A DNA stretch of 64,000 bases from Wickerhamiella versatilis. Its lineage: Eukaryota. The DNA lies in the NCBI GenBank assembly GCA_030867685.1, contig JAQOWU010000008.1, positions 496,001 through 560,000 of the forward strand. Reading direction: 5' to 3'. Of this stretch, positions 1 to 9,545 are shown piece by piece. The notes under the pieces are model-generated. The model saw nothing but the letters and a program-made list of their open reading frames with translations. It was not told where the DNA came from and searched no databases. Each line of letters starts with the position of its first letter. The stretch's first letter is position 1. The position numbers and the translations under genes were made by a program.

Positions 1-172
1 GGTATTCTTGACTTTGCAATCCAAGAAAATGGAAATCGGATAATCACTGCTGGAGATGAAGGTGTTTGTCTCATCTTCAATCGCAACTAGACACAACGAT
101 TTGAATTCCAGATGGGACAGCATGTAGTTTAAACCAAGTCACGGGCTATTTTATTATCATAATCATATGCTT

Positions 173-817
173 CTACTTACTTCCCAGTCTAGCCTTCGCT
201 AAAGCATTTACTTGCTTCTCGACTAGCTTCCCCAAAAGATCAACCTCAATGTTCACTGTATCCCCCTTCTTTTTCAAGGCCAAAGCTACATTTTCCTGTG
301 TATGAGCAATCAGCATAACAGAGAACGTGTTGGCATCATCATCAACGGATGTAACAGTAAGTGATGTTCCATCTATGGCTATAAACCCTTTCTCAACAAT
401 ATAAATCATGACATCAGGATTGGAGGGAGAAAAAGTAAAACGCAAGGAGTTTGCGTCTTGGTCCACAGACACTATTGTTGCAACTGTATCGATGTGGCCT
501 TGAACGAAATGACCACCAAACCTTGTATGGCCAGCAATTGCTCTCTCCAAATTCACTTTTGACCCGACTTTAAGCTGTTGCATGTTCGTGCGCTGTAACG
601 TTTCGGGAGCAACACCGATCTTGAAAGAGTCATCATCAAACTCTGTAACAGTAAGACATATGCCATTAACCGCGATACTGTCACCAATGTGGCAGTCAGT
701 TAATATTGGGGCAGCATCTTTTACTATAATAGAAAACCCGTTGCCACCTGAAGAACTATCATCATATGTCTCAATGGAAGCTACAGTCCCAATTCTCTCT
801 ACGATACCAGTGAACAT
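173..817 (-). CDS. RIB5: Riboflavin synthase alpha chain
   Basis: N-terminal MFTGIVE signature; GDSIAVNGICLTV, VNLERA, GGHFVQGH and KGFIAIDGTSLTV lumazine-binding repeats. Confidence 0.97.
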   Translation of the reverse strand: MFTGIVERIGTVASIETYDDSSSGGNGFSIIVKDAAPILTDCHIGDSIAVNGICLTVTEFDDDSFKIGVAPETLQRTNMQQLKVGSKVNLERAIAGHTRFGGHFVQGHIDTVATIVSVDQDANSLRFTFSPSNPDVMIYIVEKGFIAIDGTSLTVTSVDDDANTFSVMLIAHTQENVALALKKKGDTVNIEVDLLGKLVEKQVNALAKARLGSK

Positions 818-917
818 ATTGCTGAATGCTGTCAGGTAGGACGTAATGTAATGATAATCTTAAGTGACAAACCAGGGAGTGACCTAATCTTAGCCGATAT
901 TTGTGTAATCAATCTGA

Positions 918-2009
918 ATGCCAGAGTTTCCGAAGCTTAAGAACGATTTGATTCTTAGAGCTGCCCGGGGAGAACAGGTCGAAAGACCACCCGTCTGGAT
1001 TATGCGTCAAGCTGGCCGTTATCTACCCGAGTATAAGGAATTCAAAGGTAACTCTGACTTTTTCGAGCTTTGCCGTACACCTGAAAAGGCGTCAACTATT
1101 ACCATTCAACCTATTGACCATTACCCTGGTCTTTTGGATGCTGCTATAATTTTCAGTGATATTCTGGTCATACCGCAAGCACTTGGAATGGTAGTGGAAA
1201 TGAAGGAAGGCACTGGTCCATACTTTCCGGAACCTTTACGAGACCCTCATCATGATCTATCCAGGCTAAACTTCCATCCAGATATTTCTTCAGAGCTTGA
1301 TTGGGCATTTAAGGCCATTACGCTTACACGCAGAAAGCTTGATGGTCGGGTCCCTCTCTTTGGATTTTGTGGGGCACCATGGACTCTTCTTGTGTATATG
1401 GTTGAAGGCGGTGGCTCAAAGCTGTATCGCTTCGTTCGTGAGTGGATCTATAAGTATCCTAGTGAGAGTCATAAGGTGCTACGCCTTGTTACGGACAGTT
1501 GCGTGGAGTTTTTGGCTTTGCAAGTGCAAGCAGGAGCACAAATTTTACAGGTATTTGACTCTTGGGCAGGAGAATTGGGTCCAGCTGAGTTCAGAGAGTT
1601 TTCCTTGCCTTACTTGCGAGAGATTTCTGAACGCTTGCCGCACAGGCTTAGAGAGTTGGGATTGGAGCCTGTACCCATGACTGTTTTTGCCAAAGGTGCA
1701 TGGTATGCACTTGAAGACCTTTGTAACACCACGAATTATAATGTAGTGTCACTTGACTGGTTGCACGATCCAGCAAAAACGTTCAACCAGGTTGCAAAAA
1801 GAAAGGTCCTCCAAGGCAACCTAGACCCCGGTGTTATCTACGGCTCTCACGATATAATAAGCCGAAAAACTGAAGAGATGATCAAAGGCTTCGGTGGTGG
1901 AAAACAAGGATATATAATAAACCTTGGACACGGCACTCAGCCATTCATGGATCCTGATGCGATAGGATGGTTTTTGAAGGAGTGCCATCGTATTGGGGGT
2001 GATCATTAA
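918..2009 (+). CDS. HEM12: Uroporphyrinogen decarboxylase
   Basis: [48 protein letters not shown] motifs. Confidence 0.98.
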   Translation: MPEFPKLKNDLILRAARGEQVERPPVWIMRQAGRYLPEYKEFKGNSDFFELCRTPEKASTITIQPIDHYPGLLDAAIIFSDILVIPQALGMVVEMKEGTGPYFPEPLRDPHHDLSRLNFHPDISSELDWAFKAITLTRRKLDGRVPLFGFCGAPWTLLVYMVEGGGSKLYRFVREWIYKYPSESHKVLRLVTDSCVEFLALQVQAGAQILQVFDSWAGELGPAEFREFSLPYLREISERLPHRLRELGLEPVPMTVFAKGAWYALEDLCNTTNYNVVSLDWLHDPAKTFNQVAKRKVLQGNLDPGVIYGSHDIISRKTEEMIKGFGGGKQGYIINLGHGTQPFMDPDAIGWFLKECHRIGGDH

Positions 2010-2046
2010 CATTACATAGCTCTATACTTTAAATTAGCATTAGGAA

Positions 2047-3291
2047 TTACTTGGTGCACACGTCCCGTACAATGCGAACTTGGTCTTCGAATTCAAGAAG
2101 TGCTCTTTTTTCATTACTACCGAAAACATAGCCAAGCAGGCCATCTATAGTACCTGTAATAGCAATTATTACTCCAAGTAGCAAGAAAATGAAAGCGACA
2201 TATGCTCTGCCGTCTGCAGCACCCCACCAAACAGCTATTAACATACCAAGTACGATTGCCATAGATGTGTAGAAATGCAGTAGTCGAAGACTACTCTGGC
2301 GCTTTACAGTGGGCCAGTAATGTTTGATAACAGCCATTGTTTCATCAAGCAACTCGCCCATGCGTGGTGAGTCGTCCACTGTCTGTGACGTGGACAAAGG
2401 CTGCCGTATGACGAACGTAGCTCGGACCCCGAAGTGGTCGCTAACACTACCTATACCTGGTATGGGCTCAACAAAACATACTTGACAATCCGTGGCAGCT
2501 GCAGACATCTGATCGTACAAAATATAGTCTAAGCGCTGAGCTCGGGAGAGGGCATAGTTTTTCCGCCATGTGTTGAGCCTGCTATCGCTAGTCACACCAG
2601 CCAAGGCAATTTGGTCAGCGGGTGATAAGTCTTCCATTTTTCCAGGAAATACACCTTTAACTGTGATCCACGCATCACTCAACCGTGCGACTTGCTCAAA
2701 AAGACGGTAGTTTACTGTTCGAGGACGGGTATTAAAGTCGCCTACGCAAAATACTGCATGTCTACTTTCACAAGCACGCCGTACAAGCCAAGAGATATCC
2801 CAAGCCTGGGCTGTGCGGTGGCATTCGTAGGCATTATCACCTGTTGGTGCATAAGGGGCATGAAGATGTGCATTAAAAACTTCTATGTTCGTTCCAGATG
2901 GGTGAATTATAACGCAAGATCCTGCGGCCTTACCAGCATACCAATCACCTCGCCACACAGCCGATGGTCTACCATTCAATGGAAACCTATATATGGAGCT
3001 CGATGTGATGGGCCACCTGCTGAATACTACTAGCCCTGGTCCAGTGACTATTCCAGAATGCCACTTCTTCGAATATGGTAATGAGTCCAAGACCGCCGAA
3101 CGTAAAATCTGATAGTCTGCGTCGACCCATACCTCCTGAAGTGCGATAATATCACAAGTCTCGCGCAAATGTAAAAGGCGTAATGCAATTGCCTCCAGTC
3201 GTTCTTTGCGGTATCTTGAGAACAACAGACCCCAACAATTTAGACTCAAAAAGCGGACGGTAGGTTGAGAATCCGCACCGCCTGTAGCCAT
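2047..3291 (-). CDS. ISC1: Inositol phosphosphingolipid phospholipase C (neutral sphingomyelinase family)
   Basis: LNCWGL, LQEVW, GDWYAGK, HLHAPY, GDFN, RLDYI, SDH EEP-fold motifs plus two C-terminal TM helices. Confidence 0.93.
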   Translation of the reverse strand: MATGGADSQPTVRFLSLNCWGLLFSRYRKERLEAIALRLLHLRETCDIIALQEVWVDADYQILRSAVLDSLPYSKKWHSGIVTGPGLVVFSRWPITSSSIYRFPLNGRPSAVWRGDWYAGKAAGSCVIIHPSGTNIEVFNAHLHAPYAPTGDNAYECHRTAQAWDISWLVRRACESRHAVFCVGDFNTRPRTVNYRLFEQVARLSDAWITVKGVFPGKMEDLSPADQIALAGVTSDSRLNTWRKNYALSRAQRLDYILYDQMSAAATDCQVCFVEPIPGIGSVSDHFGVRATFVIRQPLSTSQTVDDSPRMGELLDETMAVIKHYWPTVKRQSSLRLLHFYTSMAIVLGMLIAVWWGAADGRAYVAFIFLLLGVIIAITGTIDGLLGYVFGSNEKRALLEFEDQVRIVRDVCTK

Positions 3292-4088
3292 AAATCTTGG
3301 AATATGCTGACAAATCTACTCGAGGGTTCAGAGTAATTAATCTAGTTTATTTATTTACAAGTACATATTTACAGCTATATGATCTAGGGGTTATTTCCAA
3401 TGAACATGGATCATATTACTTAGGATTAGGGTGTGCTGGAGTCAATCAGTTGATGCAGCTTTGCGAAATCGTATATCGTTGAGGCGTTACGATTTAGGGT
3501 ATTTGGCTCAAATCTGCACATGCACTCTAGGCTCTGAAAAAATCCGGTCTTTTATTACTTTGCTGTAATAAACAAAAGCGTTTAATTGAAAATCATCAGA
3601 GTTTACCGAGAGCTCGTATAGTTTTCTGTAGAACGGGCCAAGATGTATGACATTATGATGCAAAATTAGGATACATATCGATACTCGCACAAAGCTGAAT
3701 CTCATGCAACTGAGAAGATGAAGACTTAAAGTGATATCTGATTTTATGAGTTTAGTTGAACCGGTCATTAGGACTTCCTAGCCACACTATGCTGGGGTCT
3801 GAGGCGTCTACGAACTTTCCAATACACACCCAAATGTTTAAAACGGGCCCTGATATGACAGTATAGGTGCTAAATAGTAAATACCAGAGAGTTTAATTTT
3901 ACTTAACCGTGTTTGTTATCCTTCGGCTTCACCGCAGTGCCGACGGGTTAGGGAGGGAGTCTTAGAGGTCGAGCAAAAAAAACAGTTGACATAAAATGCC
4001 TCTTGTTTCAGTTATTTTTATTGTCAAAGAAACAGAAAGCACAAATAATTTTCTAAATTTAAAATGTGAAATGACCCTTGTTGCCTTG

Positions 4089-4094
4089 ACGCGT
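4089..4094. promoter_or_regulatory. MCB-like element (ACGCGT) upstream of haspin-like gene
   Basis: Exact ACGCGT 53 bp upstream of ATG 4148 of a cell-cycle kinase-like gene. Confidence 0.4.
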
Positions 4095-4147
4095 AATCAT
4101 GGCGACGTAAACATACATCAAGTGCTTACTAGGCGTTGTCAATCGAC

Positions 4148-5353
4148 ATGCCACTGTCGATAGGTGGGGACCATCGTGCTGAGAAAAGACGTTCGTTAAC
4201 TGAAAGTGTCTCTCCAGATAAAGAAAATGATTTAGCCCCTAAGGTGAAACGTGTGTCTCTTGGATATCGTCGTTCAAGTCGACAGGTGTCGAATCCCTTA
4301 GCATCTATCTCAGCCCAGTCAGATTCGCCCCCCTATTCACCACCAGTTGTGCAAAGCAGCCGTCCTTCTGCTCCATCGCCTGTCAGAGCTCCTCTTCGCA
4401 CTGGGCCTCAGCTTCACAGTCGTCGATCCTTCTTGGGTCTCCGCCAGGAAGCTGGTGGAGGGTTGCGTTCGCTGCTCTCCTCCAACTCACTTTTTAAAAT
4501 AGCGCATGGCGATGATACCCCAACAGTCATTAGCCAACCCACCCCTGTCGACAGTTCTCGGGAAAAGCTGCGGAACAAATTGCGGCACAGTACTTCGTTG
4601 CTCTCCGTACATGCCCAAGGAGCACCTGAGCTTAGCACTGCATACGAAGAGCGACAAAGAGATACACTATTAAAGCTTTGTTCCCCTAGTGTGATGCTAA
4701 ATTCACTCCCTGCCCCCATGTCACGGTATTTCAAGGTCATTCGTCTCGATCAGACGCCAGTGTCGTCAGTGCTACAGGAAATATCCATTAATAAAATGCT
4801 TTCCGACAACCCAGGCTTCGCACCAATCTCTCGTACTGCAATGGCGGGCGATAAGGTACTTCTAGAATATGGCGCAAGTGGGGTTCCTTTGTCGGATTTT
4901 TGGCCAACTGCAGCAGAAGCTGTTGAAATATTCACATTGATTGCGAGGATTTTGAGTGGGGCAGAGAAATCTGTTGAATTTGAACACCGCGACCTGCAGC
5001 TCTCACACATTGTAGTACAGCAGCACCCGTTGAGGGTAACGTTAACTAATTGCGCATTGAGCCGTGTATCGTGCCCATTGTACACGCCCCTAGATCATCC
5101 GGGGTTTTTCAAATCTCAAGGTGGCGAGGTTTATCGCGCAATGCAGCGATTGCTTAGTCCAGATTGGGGTCAGTACAATCCAGAGACGAATGTGTTATGG
5201 TTACGCTATATTGCACAACAGTTGACGGCTAAACTGGATGTAAATCAGGTTTCGAAGATGCGGGGAATAAATCGTATAATTAAACCTCGGCGATTCAGGG
5301 CTGGGCCACATTCAGCATCTGACGTTGTTGAGGCCATTGCCAAACTTAAGTAA
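4148..5353 (+). CDS. Haspin-like (Alk1/Alk2 family) kinase, probably catalytically degenerate
   Basis: FEHRDL, YRAMQ..W..YNPETNVLWLRY haspin C-lobe motifs; disordered S/P-rich N-terminus with KEN box. First ATG is 4148 (ORF track starts at TTG). Confidence 0.8.
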   Translation: MPLSIGGDHRAEKRRSLTESVSPDKENDLAPKVKRVSLGYRRSSRQVSNPLASISAQSDSPPYSPPVVQSSRPSAPSPVRAPLRTGPQLHSRRSFLGLRQEAGGGLRSLLSSNSLFKIAHGDDTPTVISQPTPVDSSREKLRNKLRHSTSLLSVHAQGAPELSTAYEERQRDTLLKLCSPSVMLNSLPAPMSRYFKVIRLDQTPVSSVLQEISINKMLSDNPGFAPISRTAMAGDKVLLEYGASGVPLSDFWPTAAEAVEIFTLIARILSGAEKSVEFEHRDLQLSHIVVQQHPLRVTLTNCALSRVSCPLYTPLDHPGFFKSQGGEVYRAMQRLLSPDWGQYNPETNVLWLRYIAQQLTAKLDVNQVSKMRGINRIIKPRRFRAGPHSASDVVEAIAKLK

Positions 5354-5872
5354 CGACAACTGGGGGGTAATATTGAACATTTCTTTGTATGTGCAATATA
5401 ATATTTAATAAAGACATTACAATCAATTTTGACCAAACTTTAGTAACTTTTATTCTATTAAACCCAAATCTCCTTGTTGGCCCCTGCCGTCAAGAAAATC
5501 ACAGGACCAATAAACAAACAAACAAGCCAGCTACATCTAGATAGATGATAGGGATTATTAAATAAAAGGCAGGCGATCTATCACTTATGTGGCTAGGTCT
5601 GTCTAGGATTCTCACTATCAACAATGCGTAACATGGGTTAGGGTATGCAGAGAACGATTCGCTCTTTTTGGAATAAGCTGCGGGTGGTAGTGGATACACA
5701 GGATGTCATGTCGGAATGAGCTGTCCCCATCTGAAATATCGTAGCCGTATTTTAATATTCCGAGTATTTATACGGGTATCGTGCTATCTGCTGGCTATAT
5801 TACAAGGACTGGAATGTGCAATTATCTGATACGTACAGATGGTATTAAGGATTATAATTATTGACTTGAGGC

Positions 5873-5890
5873 TACTAACTGCTTTGACAG
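5873..5890 (+). other. Putative intron branch point and 3' splice site in the 5' leader of the copper-fist gene
   Basis: TACTAAC-tgctttga-CAG; candidate donor GTATGC at 5643. Confidence 0.5.
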
Positions 5891-6220
5891 TCACTGAGGC
5901 AGGGAATGTCAAGAAGCACTTGCTCGCTGACTGTAGATGACGATGATGGATTGCTGACGCAAGGGGAATGGCGCAGCTTAAGTAGTAAAAAGTGACTGGG
6001 CTTAGCGTCTCAGAGGTAGCAAGCAGTATGGTATGAACAGTATTGCCACTGTACTCTTATCCTCCACTCTCTCCAAAAATTTATTCACCAGTTTGTCTAC
6101 TATATCTTTCCTAGCAACATTTTGACTAAGTCGATCATGGGTAGGGTTATTGCCGCAGCTCGTGGGTTAGAGATCGCTATAATAGAGGGTGGGGGTGGCC
6201 AGCATCCAAAGCGTTTAATC

Positions 6221-6946
6221 ATGGTCTTTATCGAGGGTGTAAAGTACGCGTGCCAAAGATGTATAAGGGGGCATAGGGCCAGTGGCTGCAAACATATCGA
6301 TTCAGAATTATTTATGATTAAACCCAAGGGTAGACCAGCTATCTGGTGTGGACATTGCAACCGTAATCGTCGATCTCGAAAGTCCACTACTGGGGAGAAG
6401 CCAAAACATCTTAATAGAAATGGTTCTGCTATGTGCAACTGTTCTGCACCCGAGAAATTTCCCCCGGCCCGTTTTCGGTCTGCGGTCGAACATGACGCTA
6501 TCACACCGAGCAAACCGGGTACTACTGAGAGAAGCGACATTGTGGAAGATCAACTTGATGAAGACTCTTTATCAGATTCAGAAGATAAGAAGGATTTGGA
6601 GAGCCCAATCGCTGAGCAACGGGAGCCCAAGGAACTAGGAAGGGATTTGGCCATGCAATTCATCTCCTATGCAGCCGAACCAGGCGCTTATAATAGTGCA
6701 CAATATAATGTGGAGAATGAACGCCTGTTGACTGAACAGCCATTAGTACGACTGTTCAGGACGGAAACACATGGATTTGGGATGGTAAAACCATCCTTCG
6801 CAAATATCAGTGGAGGAGGAGGATTGATGCAGATTCCTAAAGCTCCTCTGACTCCCCCTAACTCTTGCGATTTTTTGGAGGAGGCCGAGGATATTTCTGC
6901 AATAATGCCGAATATGAGCGAATTATACCATAGAAATATTTATTAG
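6221..6946 (+). CDS. Copper-fist transcription factor (Haa1/Cup2(Ace1)-like)
   Basis: MVFIEGVKYACQRCIRGHRASGCKH...IKPKGRP...CGHC copper-fist domain; IKPKGRP is closer to Haa1/Ace1 than to Mac1. An in-frame upstream ATG exists at 6137. Confidence 0.88.
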   Translation: MVFIEGVKYACQRCIRGHRASGCKHIDSELFMIKPKGRPAIWCGHCNRNRRSRKSTTGEKPKHLNRNGSAMCNCSAPEKFPPARFRSAVEHDAITPSKPGTTERSDIVEDQLDEDSLSDSEDKKDLESPIAEQREPKELGRDLAMQFISYAAEPGAYNSAQYNVENERLLTEQPLVRLFRTETHGFGMVKPSFANISGGGGLMQIPKAPLTPPNSCDFLEEAEDISAIMPNMSELYHRNIY

Positions 6947-7319
6947 ACGAACACAAACCTCAAGACTGATCAACCGCCTGCCCTCACTTTACTGTTGCCA
7001 GAATTAGACGAGAATAGCTGACAATGGTACCAGCCTTCACCCAGGATGCGGAATAATTAGCTCTCAGGCTTAAACTAGACATACCTGACCGCACCATAGC
7101 TCGAGGTGATCATTCTAAGGCTGACATGCCCATGTGGTCAATTTATCTGATTTGGGGCGTTATGGTATCAACTAGAAGTACCTGCACATTAATAAATTTC
7201 TTTACTGAAAAGAATCATCGGTCTAACTCTTTTTAAGGGCATAAAAAATCTTCAAGTTGCAACTCTTTGCATCTTTTCACACTAAAAATCTTACATAACC
7301 AAAGTAAGTTTTTGACAGA

Positions 7320-9221
7320 ATGTCGGAAGACCTCACGAAAGACTTGCAGGACAAGGCAAATTTGGGCGGTGAGAAACCGAAGAAGTTTAACTTCAACTTC
7401 CAAAAAGCCGCATCTGCTCAATCTTTCACGCCTTCGTTCACACCTGGCGCTTACAGTGCCCCGGGTAATCAGTTTGCTTTTCAAGATTTTTCCAATTATG
7501 CCAAGGCACCCAGTACTGGTGCACCACCTGCGGCGACGCAACCGGAAGGCATGTCACTTGACCAGTTCAAGAATCAGGGAGATAAATCGAGTCTAAATAC
7601 CAGAGTAGCACCAGCTAAGAAGGTTTTATCAGTTGGGGGCGCCAAAAAAACGGAACCCAAGGTACTTAAGGTTGGAGGAACCAACAATGCACCTGCACAA
7701 GAGCCTACACAGGCCAAGCAGGCATCACCCAGCCCCAAGGTGGAGCCCAAGGCTGAAGTAAAGCAACCCAAAGAGGAAGCAACTTCAGCGCCAGCCAAGG
7801 AATCGAAGCCCGCACCTGCCTCTAAGAAGGTAGAGGATCAGACTGCAGAAAAAGATTCGAAGATTGAAGCGGATGCCGTTGTCAAGGACCAGGAGAAACT
7901 TGATCAGGCCGTAGTTGAGGATATGTTTGGTGGCGAACAAGTGAAGGAGCATTTATCCATAATATTTATGGGTCATGTTGATGCTGGTAAGTCTACTATG
8001 GGTGGAAATATTCTCTATCTTACTGGTAGTGTGGATAAGCGAACTATTGAAAAGTATGAGCGTGAGGCTCAGGACGCAGGACGTCAGGGTTGGTATTTAT
8101 CCTGGGTGATGGACACAAACAGGGAAGAGCGAAATGAGGGTAAGACCATCGAGGTGGGACGTGCAGTGTTCGAAACCGACAAGCGTCGTTTCACTATCCT
8201 AGATGCTCCGGGACACAAGATGTATGTTCCTTCCATGATTGGTGGTGCATCTCAGGCCGACGCTGGTATACTTGTAATTTCTGCGCGTAAGGGTGAGTAT
8301 GAGACTGGGTTTGAGAAAGGAGGTCAGACCCGTGAGCATGCGATTCTTGCCAAGACGCAGGGTGTTGAAAGGCTTGTCGTTGTTGTAAATAAAATGGATG
8401 ATCCAACGGTAGAGTGGTCGAAGGAACGTTATGACGAGTGTATAAAGAAACTCGGAGTTTTCCTCAAGGGCACAGGTTATCAGGAAGTCATTTTTATGCC
8501 GGTTTCAGGATATACTGGTGCAGGCCTTAAGGATCGAGTGCCGAAGAAAGAATGCCCCTGGTATGATGGCCCTAGTCTACTAGAATATCTGGATAATATT
8601 CCTTTGGAACATCGTAAGATCAGCGCACCTTTTATGCTTCCAGTATCTAGTAAAGCAAAGGAGCTTGGCACGGTTGTTGAGGGGAAAATCGAAAGCGGAA
8701 GCATAAAGAAGGGTGCCTCGGTTCTGATGATGCCGAACAGGGTTCCAGTAGAAGTGAGCGCTATTTTCAATGAGTCCGAAGCTGAAATACCGGGCGCCAT
8801 TTGCGGTGAACAGGTGAAACTCAAGCTGAAAGGAATAGACGAGGAAGATATACAACTTGGATTCGTTCTCACCTCGTCAAAGAACCCGATCAAAGCCGTG
8901 ACTAGGTTCGAAGCGCAGGTAGCGTTTGTTGAAATCAAGAGTATTATGACCGCTGGCTTTTCTTGTGTCATGCATGTGCACACAGCAGTCGAAGAGGTAA
9001 CATTTGTGAAATTACTTCACAAATTGGAGAAGGGGACAAATCGTAAATCTAAGAAGCCACCTTCTTATGCTACGAAGGGGATGAAGATTATTGCGGAGAT
9101 TGAAGCGGCCTCGCCTTTGTGCATCGAGGAATTTGCAAAGCTTCCTCAGTTGGGCCGATTTACTTTACGAGATCAAGGCCAGACTATAGCAATCGGAAAA
9201 GTAACTAAGATTTTAGACTAG
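7320..9221 (+). CDS. SUP35: Translation release factor eRF3
   Basis: FMGHVDAGKST, LDAPGH, NKMD, GRFTLRDQGQTIAIGK; charged K/E/P M-domain. Confidence 0.98.
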   Translation: MSEDLTKDLQDKANLGGEKPKKFNFNFQKAASAQSFTPSFTPGAYSAPGNQFAFQDFSNYAKAPSTGAPPAATQPEGMSLDQFKNQGDKSSLNTRVAPAKKVLSVGGAKKTEPKVLKVGGTNNAPAQEPTQAKQASPSPKVEPKAEVKQPKEEATSAPAKESKPAPASKKVEDQTAEKDSKIEADAVVKDQEKLDQAVVEDMFGGEQVKEHLSIIFMGHVDAGKSTMGGNILYLTGSVDKRTIEKYEREAQDAGRQGWYLSWVMDTNREERNEGKTIEVGRAVFETDKRRFTILDAPGHKMYVPSMIGGASQADAGILVISARKGEYETGFEKGGQTREHAILAKTQGVERLVVVVNKMDDPTVEWSKERYDECIKKLGVFLKGTGYQEVIFMPVSGYTGAGLKDRVPKKECPWYDGPSLLEYLDNIPLEHRKISAPFMLPVSSKAKELGTVVEGKIESGSIKKGASVLMMPNRVPVEVSAIFNESEAEIPGAICGEQVKLKLKGIDEEDIQLGFVLTSSKNPIKAVTRFEAQVAFVEIKSIMTAGFSCVMHVHTAVEEVTFVKLLHKLEKGTNRKSKKPPSYATKGMKIIAEIEAASPLCIEEFAKLPQLGRFTLRDQGQTIAIGKVTKILD

Positions 9222-9498
9222 ACATCGTAGTATCTCTTTCTTAATCCAACGTCGTATTAGCACTCTGATTTGGTAATCCCTCGTGTACGCACGCTGAAAT
9301 CTTCGGAAAAATATTTGCCGCGCAATTAGGTACTTTTGTGGCTGATTTTAAGACTATAAATTGATACTCAAAATTTCATAGCGAGGTATATATTTGACCG
9401 TATTTTCTGGCGAATTTCTCGTTTACCCACCTAGTCTTAATTTGCACGACCGTATCTATACATGTACCCTAGCCCGAATGAATGAACGTTACCTCAAA

Positions 9499-9506
9499 TA
9501 TATAAA
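9499..9506 (+). promoter_or_regulatory. TATA box of ADH gene
   Basis: TATATAAA about 40 bp upstream of ATG 9546, followed by an A-rich start context. Confidence 0.6.
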
Positions 9507-9545
9507 GAGACTTTATGCCTACCTGATTCTACACAAAAAAAAGAA

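Noticed and set aside
3297..3768. Short ORFs (61 and 86 aa) in the ISC1-haspin spacer
   Set aside because: Non-ATG or weak starts, AT-rich composition, no recognisable motifs
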